Source: a virus
Taxonomy: Duplodnaviria; Caudoviricetes
IMG/VR virus record: IMGVR_UViG_3300011339_000715
Span: 1 to 40,933 of that record
Reading direction: 5' to 3' (one strand)
DNA: 40,933 nucleotides
The number at the start of each line of letters is the position of its first letter. The first letter of the stretch is position 1. Positions 16,273 to 24,283 of the stretch are shown piece after piece. The notes under the pieces are model-generated. The model searched no databases. It was not told the DNA's origin and was given only the letters and a program-made list of their open reading frames with translations. Position numbers and translations under genes: made by a program.

Positions 16273-16608
16273 CCCCCACTAATTTTCCGATTCGGCCAGC
16301 TCCTCAAAAAAATTTTTAGCCTCTGCCCTGGTACGCACCTAAATATTTTTCCCCCCTCCCCCACACTACACAACTCCCACGTACCACTATACTTACGCAA
16401 TCTAAGCGCACAGCAAACCGGCTTGGCACTCTGTAACTATACGTTTTTTCAACGCTTTACGCTATCGACTGCCCCTATTCGCCCCGCCTGATGCCACTAC
16501 GCGAGAAAACAGTATCGTCATAGCAGAGCCTCTGACACCCCCCTAGAATCGCCCGCTAGGCGCCTTAAACAGCCGAAAAACTATTTCAGCAACTGTGCAA
16601 ATAATATG

Positions 16609-16644
16609 TTGCTACTCTACGCTGCATCCGCGTAACTTCGGGTC
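16609..16644 (+). promoter_or_regulatory. Candidate early promoter, leaderless
   Basis: TTGCTA-N18-TAACTT-N6-ATG(16645); GCG precedes the -10. Confidence 0.55.
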
Positions 16645-16971
16645 ATGCAAAAAGCAACCGTTCTTCCTGTTCTCTCCAACCTGCACAGTCCCGCAGACAC
16701 CCTTGGTTTCTTTGAAGCTGTAAAGCTGTCCGGCTTGGAAAACACCCGCATGACAGTCTCTTACGCTGCACAGCGTAAATACTTCGGGCGGATCATTTTC
16801 GGAAAAAAAACAGTGGTAGTTAATGAGATCGGGCAAGTTTACGTAACATGGTGCAACGGTTACGATAAGGGCTCCTACGATTGCTGCTTCTACGCTTGCA
16901 ACGCCTTTGAAAACACTCTCTCGCCAGTCTCTGAAATTCACTGGGCAAAGTTTTCAAAGTCAGTAGCTTAA
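16645..16971 (+). CDS. Early hypothetical protein (108 aa)
   Basis: First + strand ORF, directly behind a promoter-like element. Confidence 0.7.
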   Translation: MQKATVLPVLSNLHSPADTLGFFEAVKLSGLENTRMTVSYAAQRKYFGRIIFGKKTVVVNEIGQVYVTWCNGYDKGSYDCCFYACNAFENTLSPVSEIHWAKFSKSVA

Positions 16972-17012
16972 GCCTCCCCAGAACCCCTGCGCAAAATAAA
17001 CGCAAATACCCC

Positions 17013-17047
17013 TTGCACCATACGTTGCCCTAGCGTACAAAGAGCCC
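17013..17047 (+). promoter_or_regulatory. Candidate early promoter, leaderless
   Basis: TTGCAC-N17-TACAAA-N6-ATG(17048); GCG precedes the -10. Confidence 0.55.
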
Positions 17048-17221
17048 ATGCAAGCAACTCCGATCCCCCACTACGTGCTCGAAACCTCCCGCGTTCCTTT
17101 TGGTTATGAACCAACCCTGATTTGCGAAGAACCCTCCTTGGAAGAAGCCCTTGCAACTGTGGCCTTCCTTCGCTCCCAAGAAGGCTCCGAGGAGTTTTAC
17201 TACGAAACCTGCGAAGCCTAA
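17048..17221 (+). CDS. Small acidic early protein (57 aa, MQATPIPHYVLE...YYETCEA); not in ORF track
   Basis: Hand-translated; promoter-like element upstream. Confidence 0.7.
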   Translation: MQATPIPHYVLETSRVPFGYEPTLICEEPSLEEALATVAFLRSQEGSEEFYYETCEA

Positions 17222-17254
17222 TCTCCCCAACCCCACCCAACCCAACTCCCACAT

Positions 17255-17458
17255 ATGCAAACACAAATCGACAACCAACTTCTGACAACCAACGGAATCC
17301 TGCTGGACTCTGAGGGCTTTGAAACAGCCACCAACGTCTGGGCGCGCATACAAGACGGCCTGCTGATGGTCGACTCAACTCCCCACGCTATATGGGACGT
17401 GCGCGTCTATCCTGACCGCATCGTATCCAAAGCCTCAGGCTGGACGCTTCTGTTTTAA
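17255..17458 (+). CDS. Early hypothetical protein (67 aa)
   Basis: C/A-rich leader before ATG; fits the gene string. Confidence 0.7.
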   Translation: MQTQIDNQLLTTNGILLDSEGFETATNVWARIQDGLLMVDSTPHAIWDVRVYPDRIVSKASGWTLLF

Positions 17459-17486
17459 CTCTCACCCCCACAACTAAATCCCCAAA

Positions 17487-17654
17487 ATGACAACACAAGA
17501 GCAACTGACAGCATGGGAAAATGGACGCGCCGAACTACCAACCGACATTCAAGACTGGGTCGTCTCTGGCATGTTGCCGGACGATGTCGCCGCCCGCTTT
17601 GCCGATGAGATAAACGCCGCTTGTGACTCGCTGGAAAAGGAGGGCAACTCATGA
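17487..17654 (+). CDS. Small acidic early protein (55 aa, MTTQEQLTAWENG...); not in ORF track
   Basis: Hand-translated; C/A-rich leader; ATGA overlap with the next gene. Confidence 0.7.
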   Translation: MTTQEQLTAWENGRAELPTDIQDWVVSGMLPDDVAARFADEINAACDSLEKEGNS

Positions 17655-17794
17655 GCGCCACCCTCTACCGCTCCGGTTCCGCTTGGATCATCCGCGCTTT
17701 AGCTTCACACAGCTTCAAAACCGCCCGAGAAGCCCGAGCATGGGCTCGCGAAAATCACCTTAAGCTCACACGTTCAAATAAATCCGACAAATGA
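17651..17794 (+). CDS. Small basic early protein (47 aa, MSATLYRSGSAWII..FKTAREARAWA); not in ORF track
   Basis: Hand-translated; ATGA overlaps on both sides. Confidence 0.7.
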   Translation: MSATLYRSGSAWIIRALASHSFKTAREARAWARENHLKLTRSNKSDK

Positions 17795-18006
17795 AAGCAG
17801 AATTCAAAACCGCCCTTTACTCTATTATTTCACGTTGCCATGTCGCGGATTCAAACCGCGAGGTACTCGAGTATGCAATCTCAAGACTGAAGCCCGAATT
17901 CTGGCAAGTGCAGGCGCTTTCTTGGAGAGTCAACTTTACCCGCGCCTGTCGCGAGTTACACAAAGAAAACCGCAGCCTTTACCGCGAGGTCATGCGAGGC
18001 TTTTAA
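17791..18006 (+). CDS. Early hypothetical protein (71 aa)
   Basis: ATGA overlap; followed by a terminator. Confidence 0.72.
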   Translation: MKAEFKTALYSIISRCHVADSNREVLEYAISRLKPEFWQVQALSWRVNFTRACRELHKENRSLYREVMRGF

Positions 18007-18039
18007 GCCAATAACACACAACAAAGCGAAAGCCCGAAC

Positions 18040-18071
18040 AAGGGGCTCCTCGAAAGAGGGGCCCCTTCTTT
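18040..18071 (+). terminator. Intrinsic terminator
   Basis: AAGGGGCTCCTC-GAAA-GAGGGGCCCCTT then CTTT. Confidence 0.8.
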
Positions 18072-18325
18072 GCGTTTACACCTACCCTTTCCAACCCCAT
18101 TCCCTCCCGTTTCCCTATACGCACCCACAACGCACAAAACACCCTCTAAAAAGCCTTTTCCCTCCCTTCCGCTGTGGCGATATTGCCATGCACAAATCCA
18201 CCCCTTTAAGTGCCCTTCTGGCCCTTAGAAAGCACCCTTCCAAGCGTGCCCCGTGCCCCCAAAGTGACCCAAAGTCACCCCCTCTGGACCCCTAGGCACC
18301 CCCAGAACGGCCCATTTTCCCAAGG

Positions 18326-18395
18326 CAAAATCCCAAAATCCAAAATCGCAAAATCCAAATTTGAAAAGTCAATTTAATCGGTGAAAAGGGGGCCC
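18326..18395 (+). repeat. CAAAATC heptamer array plus CAATTTAATCGGTGAAAA element; related element at 19046..19106
   Basis: CAAAATC at 18326, 18334, 18341, 18349. Confidence 0.7.
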
Positions 18396-18472
18396 AGGCA
18401 AAAAAGCACTAAAGCCTGGAGCTGGCCCTACCGATACTCTCCCTGTCAGTAAAAACCAAATACCCAAAACCC

Positions 18473-18820
18473 ATGCAAAACCCCACCCCTACCACCACCG
18501 CCCTCTCCCTCGCCAATCAGATCTGCCTGGAGGCAGGTCTGCCCGTTCTGACCGCTCAAGAGTTTGAGCGTTACTACTCAGTGCCCCCCGTGGTGCACGG
18601 CGTAAACGCCGAGTCCCCTAGTCGCGCCTTGGAGTCTGAGTGGCGCCCTGGCCTGCTTGGGGCCATGCGGCTCGCGATTCTCTGGCACGAAGGAGCTGAG
18701 GCGCTGGCTGCCGCTGAGTTGGCTGCCGGCTTAAAGGCCACAGCGGCCTTCCAAGAATGGCAGGATGCGGCGCCGGAGCTGGCAAATGCAGCGGCTCAGT
18801 TGCGCTCGCTGGTTCACTAG
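18473..18820 (+). CDS. Hypothetical protein (115 aa, Ala-rich helical)
   Basis: A/C-rich leader; terminator downstream. Confidence 0.72.
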   Translation: MQNPTPTTTALSLANQICLEAGLPVLTAQEFERYYSVPPVVHGVNAESPSRALESEWRPGLLGAMRLAILWHEGAEALAAAELAAGLKATAAFQEWQDAAPELANAAAQLRSLVH

Positions 18821-18851
18821 AGCCTTCCTCAATCCTACGCTCCCGCCGAAC

Positions 18852-18887
18852 AAGGGCGGCCTCTTAACCGGGGCCGCCCCTTTTGTT
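18852..18887 (+). terminator. Intrinsic terminator
   Basis: GGGCGGCCTC/GGGGCCGCCC stem then CTTTTGTT. Confidence 0.78.
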
Positions 18888-19121
18888 GCCTGTGAGCTGG
18901 CCATCCTAATGTCCTGGCGCCGCTGGCTCGTGCCTGGATCATATTGGTGCCTTCACCGATATGGTTCACCGATCTACCTAGGCACCCACAATCTTGCGCC
19001 CCTACGAAGATTCTCCTAAACCTGCCGTTTCCCTTTTCCGATTTAGGAAAACGGAAATTGGAAAAACCAATTCTCAAATTCCAATTTAATCCGTAAAAAT
19101 GGACCCATCCCTAAACCATCT

Positions 19122-19376
19122 ATGAGCACATCCCGTTACAGTAAGTCTGACATCATCTCACCGTCCCGCACTGACCAGTACCCAGAACGTGGCATGAGAC
19201 TACAGTTCCCACCGCCCCCAAACACTCGCAAGTGGACGGGACTCAAGCTCGTCACCATTGGCTGTCTATTGGCCTTGGACATCTTGGCCCTAGTTGGCAG
19301 CTACAGCCTGGTTGAGTCCACGGCACTAGTCATCCTCGTCATCATCAACATCTGGGCACTCAACTGCGCACGCTAA
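19122..19376 (+). CDS. Small membrane protein (two predicted TM helices)
   Basis: LVTIGCLLALDILALVG and TALVILVIINIWAL hydrophobic segments. Confidence 0.68.
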   Translation: MSTSRYSKSDIISPSRTDQYPERGMRLQFPPPPNTRKWTGLKLVTIGCLLALDILALVGSYSLVESTALVILVIINIWALNCAR

Positions 19377-19377
19377 T

Positions 19378-19962
19378 ATGAGCACGATGAACGGCAATCA
19401 GTTTTGGTCACCTCCTAGCCGGCACACACGCTGTCTGGGAGCTAGGTTTCTTGGACTCGAAGAAACGCTCCCTGGGGAGCCACCTAGTCTGGACGAGTTC
19501 CCTCGGCTCATCGAGCAGGCCATCAGGGCTGGGCTCGTACAGCGCCCTGACCCAGTGGTAGAGGAGATCACTCCGTCTGGTAAGCCTATCGCTGAGTGGA
19601 GGCACATCAGTTGTATCAAGTGTGGGCAGGAGTTTATTCGTGGTCACCGCAAACACACTGCGTGTGCAAACTGCCGGGTTGCCAAGAAGAACTGCACAGT
19701 GTGCGGAAAGTTCTTTCAGCCACCGAACAACAAGATCCAGTGCTGTTCTGAAGCGTGTGTGATGCAAAGTAAAAGCACAAGCTATCGGCCCAGGGTAGTA
19801 CCGATCCACACCTGCAAGGTCTGCCAACAGCCGTTTACTGGCCGGCTGTCAGGAGCGGGCTGGGCCAAGACATGTGGACACGACTGTGCAAGTGTTGCCA
19901 AAAGAAACTATCACGCAGAAAAGCGTGAGTTGCGTCTGGCTGCGAAGGCGGCTAAAAAGTAG
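19378..19962 (+). CDS. Multi-zinc-finger protein (three CxxC...CxxC/CxxxC units)
   Basis: CIKCG..CANC, CTVCG..CSEAC, CKVCQ..CGHDC. Confidence 0.78.
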   Translation: MSTMNGNQFWSPPSRHTRCLGARFLGLEETLPGEPPSLDEFPRLIEQAIRAGLVQRPDPVVEEITPSGKPIAEWRHISCIKCGQEFIRGHRKHTACANCRVAKKNCTVCGKFFQPPNNKIQCCSEACVMQSKSTSYRPRVVPIHTCKVCQQPFTGRLSGAGWAKTCGHDCASVAKRNYHAEKRELRLAAKAAKK

Positions 19963-19977
19963 TCGTTCCCCCTAAAG

Positions 19978-20017
19978 CAAAGAAGGCGTCCCAGTTTCCC
20001 GGGGCGCCTTCTTTTTT
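19978..20017. terminator. Bidirectional terminator between convergent operons
   Basis: AAGAAGGCGTCC/GGGCGCCTTCTT stem with A-rich 5' and T-rich 3' flanks. Confidence 0.82.
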
Positions 20018-20029
20018 GTGTCTTACTAC

Positions 20030-20191
20030 TTAGTCTTTTTGCTCCTCGGCCTCTGCCAGGATGTCTCGTCGGAACTTATAGTAGGCCCACAGTGCAGACT
20101 GAGACTCACTCGATGAGTAACCTGAACCAATGCATTCGACTAAGCCCTCTGCGATTGCCAACAACTGTTTGAGTCGCTCTTCAGTGCTCAC
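20030..20191 (-). CDS. Hypothetical protein (53 aa, GTG start, STEERLKQLLAIAEG...); not in ORF track
   Basis: GTGA overlap with the upstream gene; ends just before the terminator. Confidence 0.65.
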   Translation of the reverse strand: MSTEERLKQLLAIAEGLVECIGSGYSSSESQSALWAYYKFRRDILAEAEEQKD

Positions 20192-20490
20192 CCCCGCACC
20201 TCCTCCCATTTACCCAGCGTGCGCAGGAACGCCTCTGCACGCTCGCGGGCTGAAGCATGGAAATACCATCTGTCTTCATTGAGTTCGATCTTGCGAGCCA
20301 TGATCCACATTTGATCATCAGTCAATGTCTTCTCCGCCTCATGCATCGCGTTGAGGTTGGTGCAGTAAAGCGGCACAAACATCACTCTATTGCACGTCTC
20401 GCCCGGCGCCTTTCCAACAACGCCGTCACTGCTAATGTCAGTCCACCCACACGCTTCAGCAATTGCCTGGTTAATTTGTTCGTCGGTCAT
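20188..20490 (-). CDS. Phage ABA-sandwich-like protein
   Basis: INQAIAEACGW, PLYCTNLNAMHEAE, ASARERAEAFL pattern. Confidence 0.65.
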   Translation of the reverse strand: MTDEQINQAIAEACGWTDISSDGVVGKAPGETCNRVMFVPLYCTNLNAMHEAEKTLTDDQMWIMARKIELNEDRWYFHASARERAEAFLRTLGKWEEVRG

Positions 20491-20491
20491 A

Positions 20492-20680
20492 TTAATGCTT
20501 ATGCGTTTCAGCCATCAGTGCGTTCAAGGTCACCTGGAGATGTGACCAGCTTAGAATTTTGTGTCGTGTGCGCACTTCAGGCGCTCCAATTTTAAGGGCT
20601 TCCTTCAGCGCCTCCAGTGCGATGGACAGTGCCTCGTTCAGGTCAGCAATCTCAGCATCGAGTTGTGCCCTAGTTTTCAT
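20492..20680 (-). CDS. Hypothetical protein (62 aa)
   Basis: In operon, helical. Confidence 0.65.
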   Translation of the reverse strand: MKTRAQLDAEIADLNEALSIALEALKEALKIGAPEVRTRHKILSWSHLQVTLNALMAETHKH

Positions 20681-20699
20681 ATCGTTGGCTGTGGTTATA

Positions 20700-21002
20700 C
20701 TACTTGGATAGGTCAGACCCCTCTACGGGGCCGCCAAGGGCCTCTATCGGGGTTTTAGTAAGCTGCTTGAAGTTGTGGTTTAGCTCCATGCGGTCTGCCA
20801 TGAACTGACTGACGTTGCCCCAATACAGGTTCACGCTGGTGGCGTCAACGTGGTCGAGGAGGCAGAGAGCGCCCCGTAACTCACCTTCGAGTTCGTTGGC
20901 TCGTTGAGCCAGCCTAGTGATGGTCCTTTTGAGGACCGCTATCTCTTCAGGAATGATTACGTCTCTGATGAGCGATTGAGAGTAGAAGTTTTCTTTCATC
21001 AA
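20700..21002 (-). CDS. Hypothetical coiled-coil protein
   Basis: In operon downstream of the initiator. Confidence 0.65.
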   Translation of the reverse strand: MMKENFYSQSLIRDVIIPEEIAVLKRTITRLAQRANELEGELRGALCLLDHVDATSVNLYWGNVSQFMADRMELNHNFKQLTKTPIEALGGPVEGSDLSK

Positions 21003-21032
21003 ATCTTGAATCGGCTGAGTTGCGTTTCGACT

Positions 21033-21713
21033 TTAGGAATTTCTTTCGGCCTCTCGCTTTTTGCGCGCCTGCTCCGCAATCGCCAAATCGCCTTCAATAG
21101 CTATTGCTCTCATGTTCAAAATGTAGTTCCTGTCACGTTCTGACAAATGCGAAAGCTCATGGTCGATCTCCGGGTTCTTTCGTGAACCGCTGCCGCCCCT
21201 CAAGGGCGAGCAAGCGGGCTCACTTTTCTCCTTCTCTGATTTAACGGCGGGGGCTTGAGGCCCCGCCTTAAATCTGTTCTCTTTATCTCTAAAGCGTCCA
21301 TGTGGTGTACTCACGTGCAGTTCACCACGTGTACTCACGTGCCGTTCATGTGGTGGACTGCCGCGTCCATGTGGTGGACTGCTAATCGTGGTCAAAAAAA
21401 AGGCATTCCGGGTTGCCCGGTAGCCTCCATTGGACCCCGAAAACTTGCGGATCAGCCCTTCTTTTTCGAGCGCATCCAGTGCCGTTTTGACAGTCCCACG
21501 AGAGCATCCCACATGCTCTGCGAGCTGCTCGTAGGACGCCGAAAAACGCCTCTTATGGTCAGTTGCTGCCGCGCTCTGGAAGTGAGTCAAAGCGCAGTAA
21601 ATGGCATACGCATTGATGCCCAACTTGCCGGCTTGGGTAGCAGCATCACGGGTCTGCCAAGCGTATGGACCTTCGTCTTTTGGGTTCTCAGAACGTGGAT
21701 TCATTGCCCGCAA
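21033..21713 (-). CDS. Replication initiator (winged HTH; lambda O-like organisation)
   Basis: ASYEQLAEHVGCSRGTVKTALDALEKEGLI HTH followed by iteron-encoded repeats; near the helicase gene. Confidence 0.78.
   Translation of the reverse strand: MRAMNPRSENPKDEGPYAWQTRDAATQAGKLGINAYAIYCALTHFQSAAATDHKRRFSASYEQLAEHVGCSRGTVKTALDALEKEGLIRKFSGSNGGYRATRNAFFLTTISSPPHGRGSPPHERHVSTRGELHVSTPHGRFRDKENRFKAGPQAPAVKSEKEKSEPACSPLRGGSGSRKNPEIDHELSHLSERDRNYILNMRAIAIEGDLAIAEQARKKREAERNS
21295..21384. repeat. Four iterons (24, 24, 21, 21 bp): probable replication origin
   Basis: GT(C/T)CA-N5-TG(G/T)ACT units inside the initiator gene, next to an AT-rich tract and a GC hairpin (21246..21267). Confidence 0.78.
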
Positions 21714-22252
21714 CTATATATGGTTTCTTGCAGTTTCAACCTCGGGAGTTCCTCTGTCGTGAAGCTGTGGTCGATGAAACGCACTCTGTTTGTGGGCTGG
21801 ATCGTGAGCCGGCCACTGTCGAGTTGGACGAAGATAAACTCCTTGTCTTGCTCAGGAGCATCTGACCAGCCGTCGTGTAAATGAGCAGTCGAAAACAAGT
21901 ATTGCCCGTGTGAAATAACGCCGCTTTTTAGCCTTACACTAACCTCCATTCCACGCATAATCGGGTTCTGGAGGACCGTGAAATCATAGCTGTAACAGTC
22001 CCAAAGCTGGGCTTCACTGATGCTCCAGTCCTGCCCGGGAGCGGCTGTAAACGATACTCCATTAGGCGGGATGTTGCGGTACAGTGCGCCCCCGTCTCTG
22101 AGGATCACATTGATCCCCCATGCTCGCCCAGGGATGGAAGTCAGGCCCACCCACATGGCTTCCACAAGGCCCACAGGCTCCTCGTGCGTGTAGGCGCTGT
22201 CCACCCAGATGTACCTGTGCGTTTGTAGTGCTCCAATCTTTGTAAAGTTCAT
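21701..22252 (-). CDS. Conserved phage hypothetical protein (183 aa)
   Basis: Coupled to the helicase; GALYRNIP, AQLWDC, G.LTIQPTNRVRF motifs. Confidence 0.75.
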   Translation of the reverse strand: MNFTKIGALQTHRYIWVDSAYTHEEPVGLVEAMWVGLTSIPGRAWGINVILRDGGALYRNIPPNGVSFTAAPGQDWSISEAQLWDCYSYDFTVLQNPIMRGMEVSVRLKSGVISHGQYLFSTAHLHDGWSDAPEQDKEFIFVQLDSGRLTIQPTNRVRFIDHSFTTEELPRLKLQETIYSCGQ

Positions 22253-23589
22253 CGTCTTCTTTTTGGTTTCTCATCGTCCTTTTCGATCACAGGCTTGAAA
22301 CATTGCTGCCAAATCATGCCGTGTCGCTCAGGCGTCGGGCTGTGCCGGATGTAGATCTTGGAAGTCGGAAGTCCCTTCTCGTAACACCTGATGTTGGAAC
22401 GTAGCCTGCGTTTGGTCATCGTCAGACTGCACGTCAAAGGCTGGTTCTCCTCTGTCTCGACTCGTTGGAGTGTGATAACCTCCCGTGCCCAGTTAGTCAG
22501 GGCACTTGAGCCAAAGCCACTGTAAGCCAAGTCCGAATCGGTCCTTGCAGAGGTCTCCTTGGGCTTGGGCAAGTGGTGAATGATCGCTAGTAGCACCCCG
22601 GTCTTCGAGGAGATCCTGTTGAGTTCATTGCAGAACTTTGTGACTACGGCCTGGTCAGAGATGTCGTCTCCCAAGTAACACATGAGTGGGTCAATCCAGA
22701 CAACGTCAGGAGTGTGCTTGAGGACGAGTGTTTCCAGCACTCTCAAGAAGTCCGGCCCAGAGTGAATGTTGTCCCTATAAAAGATGACTCGCTCGTTAAG
22801 GAGGTCACGCTCAGTGTCTCCACACTGGCTCTTCCCATACTTGCAAAAGACTGATTGCAAGACTTCCGCTTGGTCACCTTGGTCATTCTCGGCTTGTATA
22901 ATCAAGCTCTTGAGAGGCTTGACTGGGAGCAGGCCAAAGGTCAGCGCATCAGAGAACGCACCGATCCCGTGCAACGCCCAGCCTATTGCCAACTGCATCG
23001 TCAAACTGCTCTTTCCGATACCAGACTGAGCATTAATGAGCACACTCCCGCCTTTGCACAGCCAGCGGTTCCCGATCAGGGTGTTGCTATCGTGCTCTGT
23101 ATCATAGAACAGCAGGTCATTGAACGTGCTGTGTACTATAGAACCCAGGCCCCGTTCAGCGTTGGCAGTCAGTGTCGCCACACTTAGGCCGGCCACAACC
23201 TGTTCCGTGGGCTCTCCAGTCGAGATGGCCCGGGTAGCGTTGGCTAGCGCAGTGAGTAACTCGCGGCGCCGGGCTGCGTCTTGAACCAGTTCGCACCAGC
23301 TCGGGAGCGGTTCGAGCGACGGCATCCCCGAGGCCAAGTCGGACAGGATGCTGTACGGGATGCCAGTCTTGGCAAGCCGGGCAAAGAGCACGATGGGATC
23401 TGTACTCAGTCCCGCCCGGGCAGAGTCTTGGATGCCAGCAAAGATGGCCCCGAACTGGGGATTATGGAAGTCACCCTGGCATATACCAGTAGCGGCGACA
23501 GTTGGCAGTGCAAGGGATGGCGCAAATAGTAGACACCCCAGCACTGCCCGCTCGGCTTGTTCAGCCTGCGGGATGGTTGGCTCTCTCAT
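22249..23589 (-). CDS. Replicative helicase: DnaB-like N-terminal domain fused to an RSF1010 RepA/AAA_25-type ATPase
   Basis: PQAEQAERAVLGCLL..DFHNP N-domain; Walker A AQSGIGKS; QAEND; VVWIDP; IIHHLPK; GSSAL. Confidence 0.85.
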   Translation of the reverse strand: MREPTIPQAEQAERAVLGCLLFAPSLALPTVAATGICQGDFHNPQFGAIFAGIQDSARAGLSTDPIVLFARLAKTGIPYSILSDLASGMPSLEPLPSWCELVQDAARRRELLTALANATRAISTGEPTEQVVAGLSVATLTANAERGLGSIVHSTFNDLLFYDTEHDSNTLIGNRWLCKGGSVLINAQSGIGKSSLTMQLAIGWALHGIGAFSDALTFGLLPVKPLKSLIIQAENDQGDQAEVLQSVFCKYGKSQCGDTERDLLNERVIFYRDNIHSGPDFLRVLETLVLKHTPDVVWIDPLMCYLGDDISDQAVVTKFCNELNRISSKTGVLLAIIHHLPKPKETSARTDSDLAYSGFGSSALTNWAREVITLQRVETEENQPLTCSLTMTKRRLRSNIRCYEKGLPTSKIYIRHSPTPERHGMIWQQCFKPVIEKDDEKPKRRR

Positions 23590-23592
23590 TGT

Positions 23593-23808
23593 CTAGAGAG
23601 TGGCCTCTAACTCGCGCTGTATTCGCGCCATGCTTGAAAGCGGTTTCGCCTCCAGCGTCCCCTGAAAAATCTGCACTGCCTTCGCTAACGTCATTCCCTC
23701 CAGCCCGTCCACCTTCAGTCCTCCCTGCCCGGTCCTCTTAAAGTCCCTGTCCACCTTCAACAACTCCCCTGCAATCCGCTCTGCCTCCAACAAGTCTGCT
23801 TTCATCAT
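23593..23808 (-). CDS. Hypothetical protein (71 aa)
   Basis: In operon between SSB-like gene and helicase. Confidence 0.6.
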   Translation of the reverse strand: MMKADLLEAERIAGELLKVDRDFKRTGQGGLKVDGLEGMTLAKAVQIFQGTLEAKPLSSMARIQRELEATL

Positions 23809-23829
23809 GGCCTTGTCCCTGTAAAATTT

Positions 23830-23856
23830 GTGCGTGGTCGGATGCGCACCCCCCGA
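23830..23856 (-). ncRNA. Candidate cis-regulatory pseudoknot RNA motif, copy 2
   Basis: TCGGGGGGTGCGCATCCGACCACGCAC. Confidence 0.5.
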
Positions 23857-23864
23857 TGAATCAA

Positions 23865-24263
23865 TTAGAACGGGATTTCATCCCCGCTCACATCTGTCGA
23901 GTCCAGTGGCAGCCACCGCTTGATCTCAAGGTAGGCATTGCCAGTCTTCTCGGAAATCTTGTTCCCTGGTCCGAGTTCTACCCTCGCAGTCTTGCCAACG
24001 CAATCGTCGACCTCAATTGCAAGCGGCTTTCCGTCCTCCACTTTAATCCCGATGGCGTTAGCAAACTCTGCAAGATTATCGCTGAGTTTGGTCATAAAGA
24101 CGATCCATGCGTTAAACTTCAGAGGCCCAACTGCGACCTCAAGTTTAATCATGTCGTTGCCAGCTTTAGAGATGGCCTCAACTGCGTCTGTTATTTTGGC
24201 AATGTGAATCCCTGCTTCGATTGCTTGTTGCTTTTTACCTAGTTCGATTTTTACGGATGGCAT
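23865..24263 (-). CDS. Single-stranded DNA-binding protein (DUF669-like)
   Basis: AGIHIAKITDA..SKAGNDMIKL; acidic DEIPF C-terminal tail; next to the annealase. Confidence 0.78.
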   Translation of the reverse strand: MPSVKIELGKKQQAIEAGIHIAKITDAVEAISKAGNDMIKLEVAVGPLKFNAWIVFMTKLSDNLAEFANAIGIKVEDGKPLAIEVDDCVGKTARVELGPGNKISEKTGNAYLEIKRWLPLDSTDVSGDEIPF

Positions 24264-24283
24264 GGTTTTGTTTTGGTTTTGGG

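Noticed and set aside
18765-19077. ORFs 18765..19019 (+) and 18835..19077 (-)
   Set aside because: They cross a terminator and repeat motifs; the region is more likely non-coding, though a 36 aa peptide cannot be excluded.
21295-21384. Mini CRISPR array
   Set aside because: Repeats are contiguous, without spacers, and in frame inside a gene; iterons explain them. The Cas4-like gene belongs to the recombination module.
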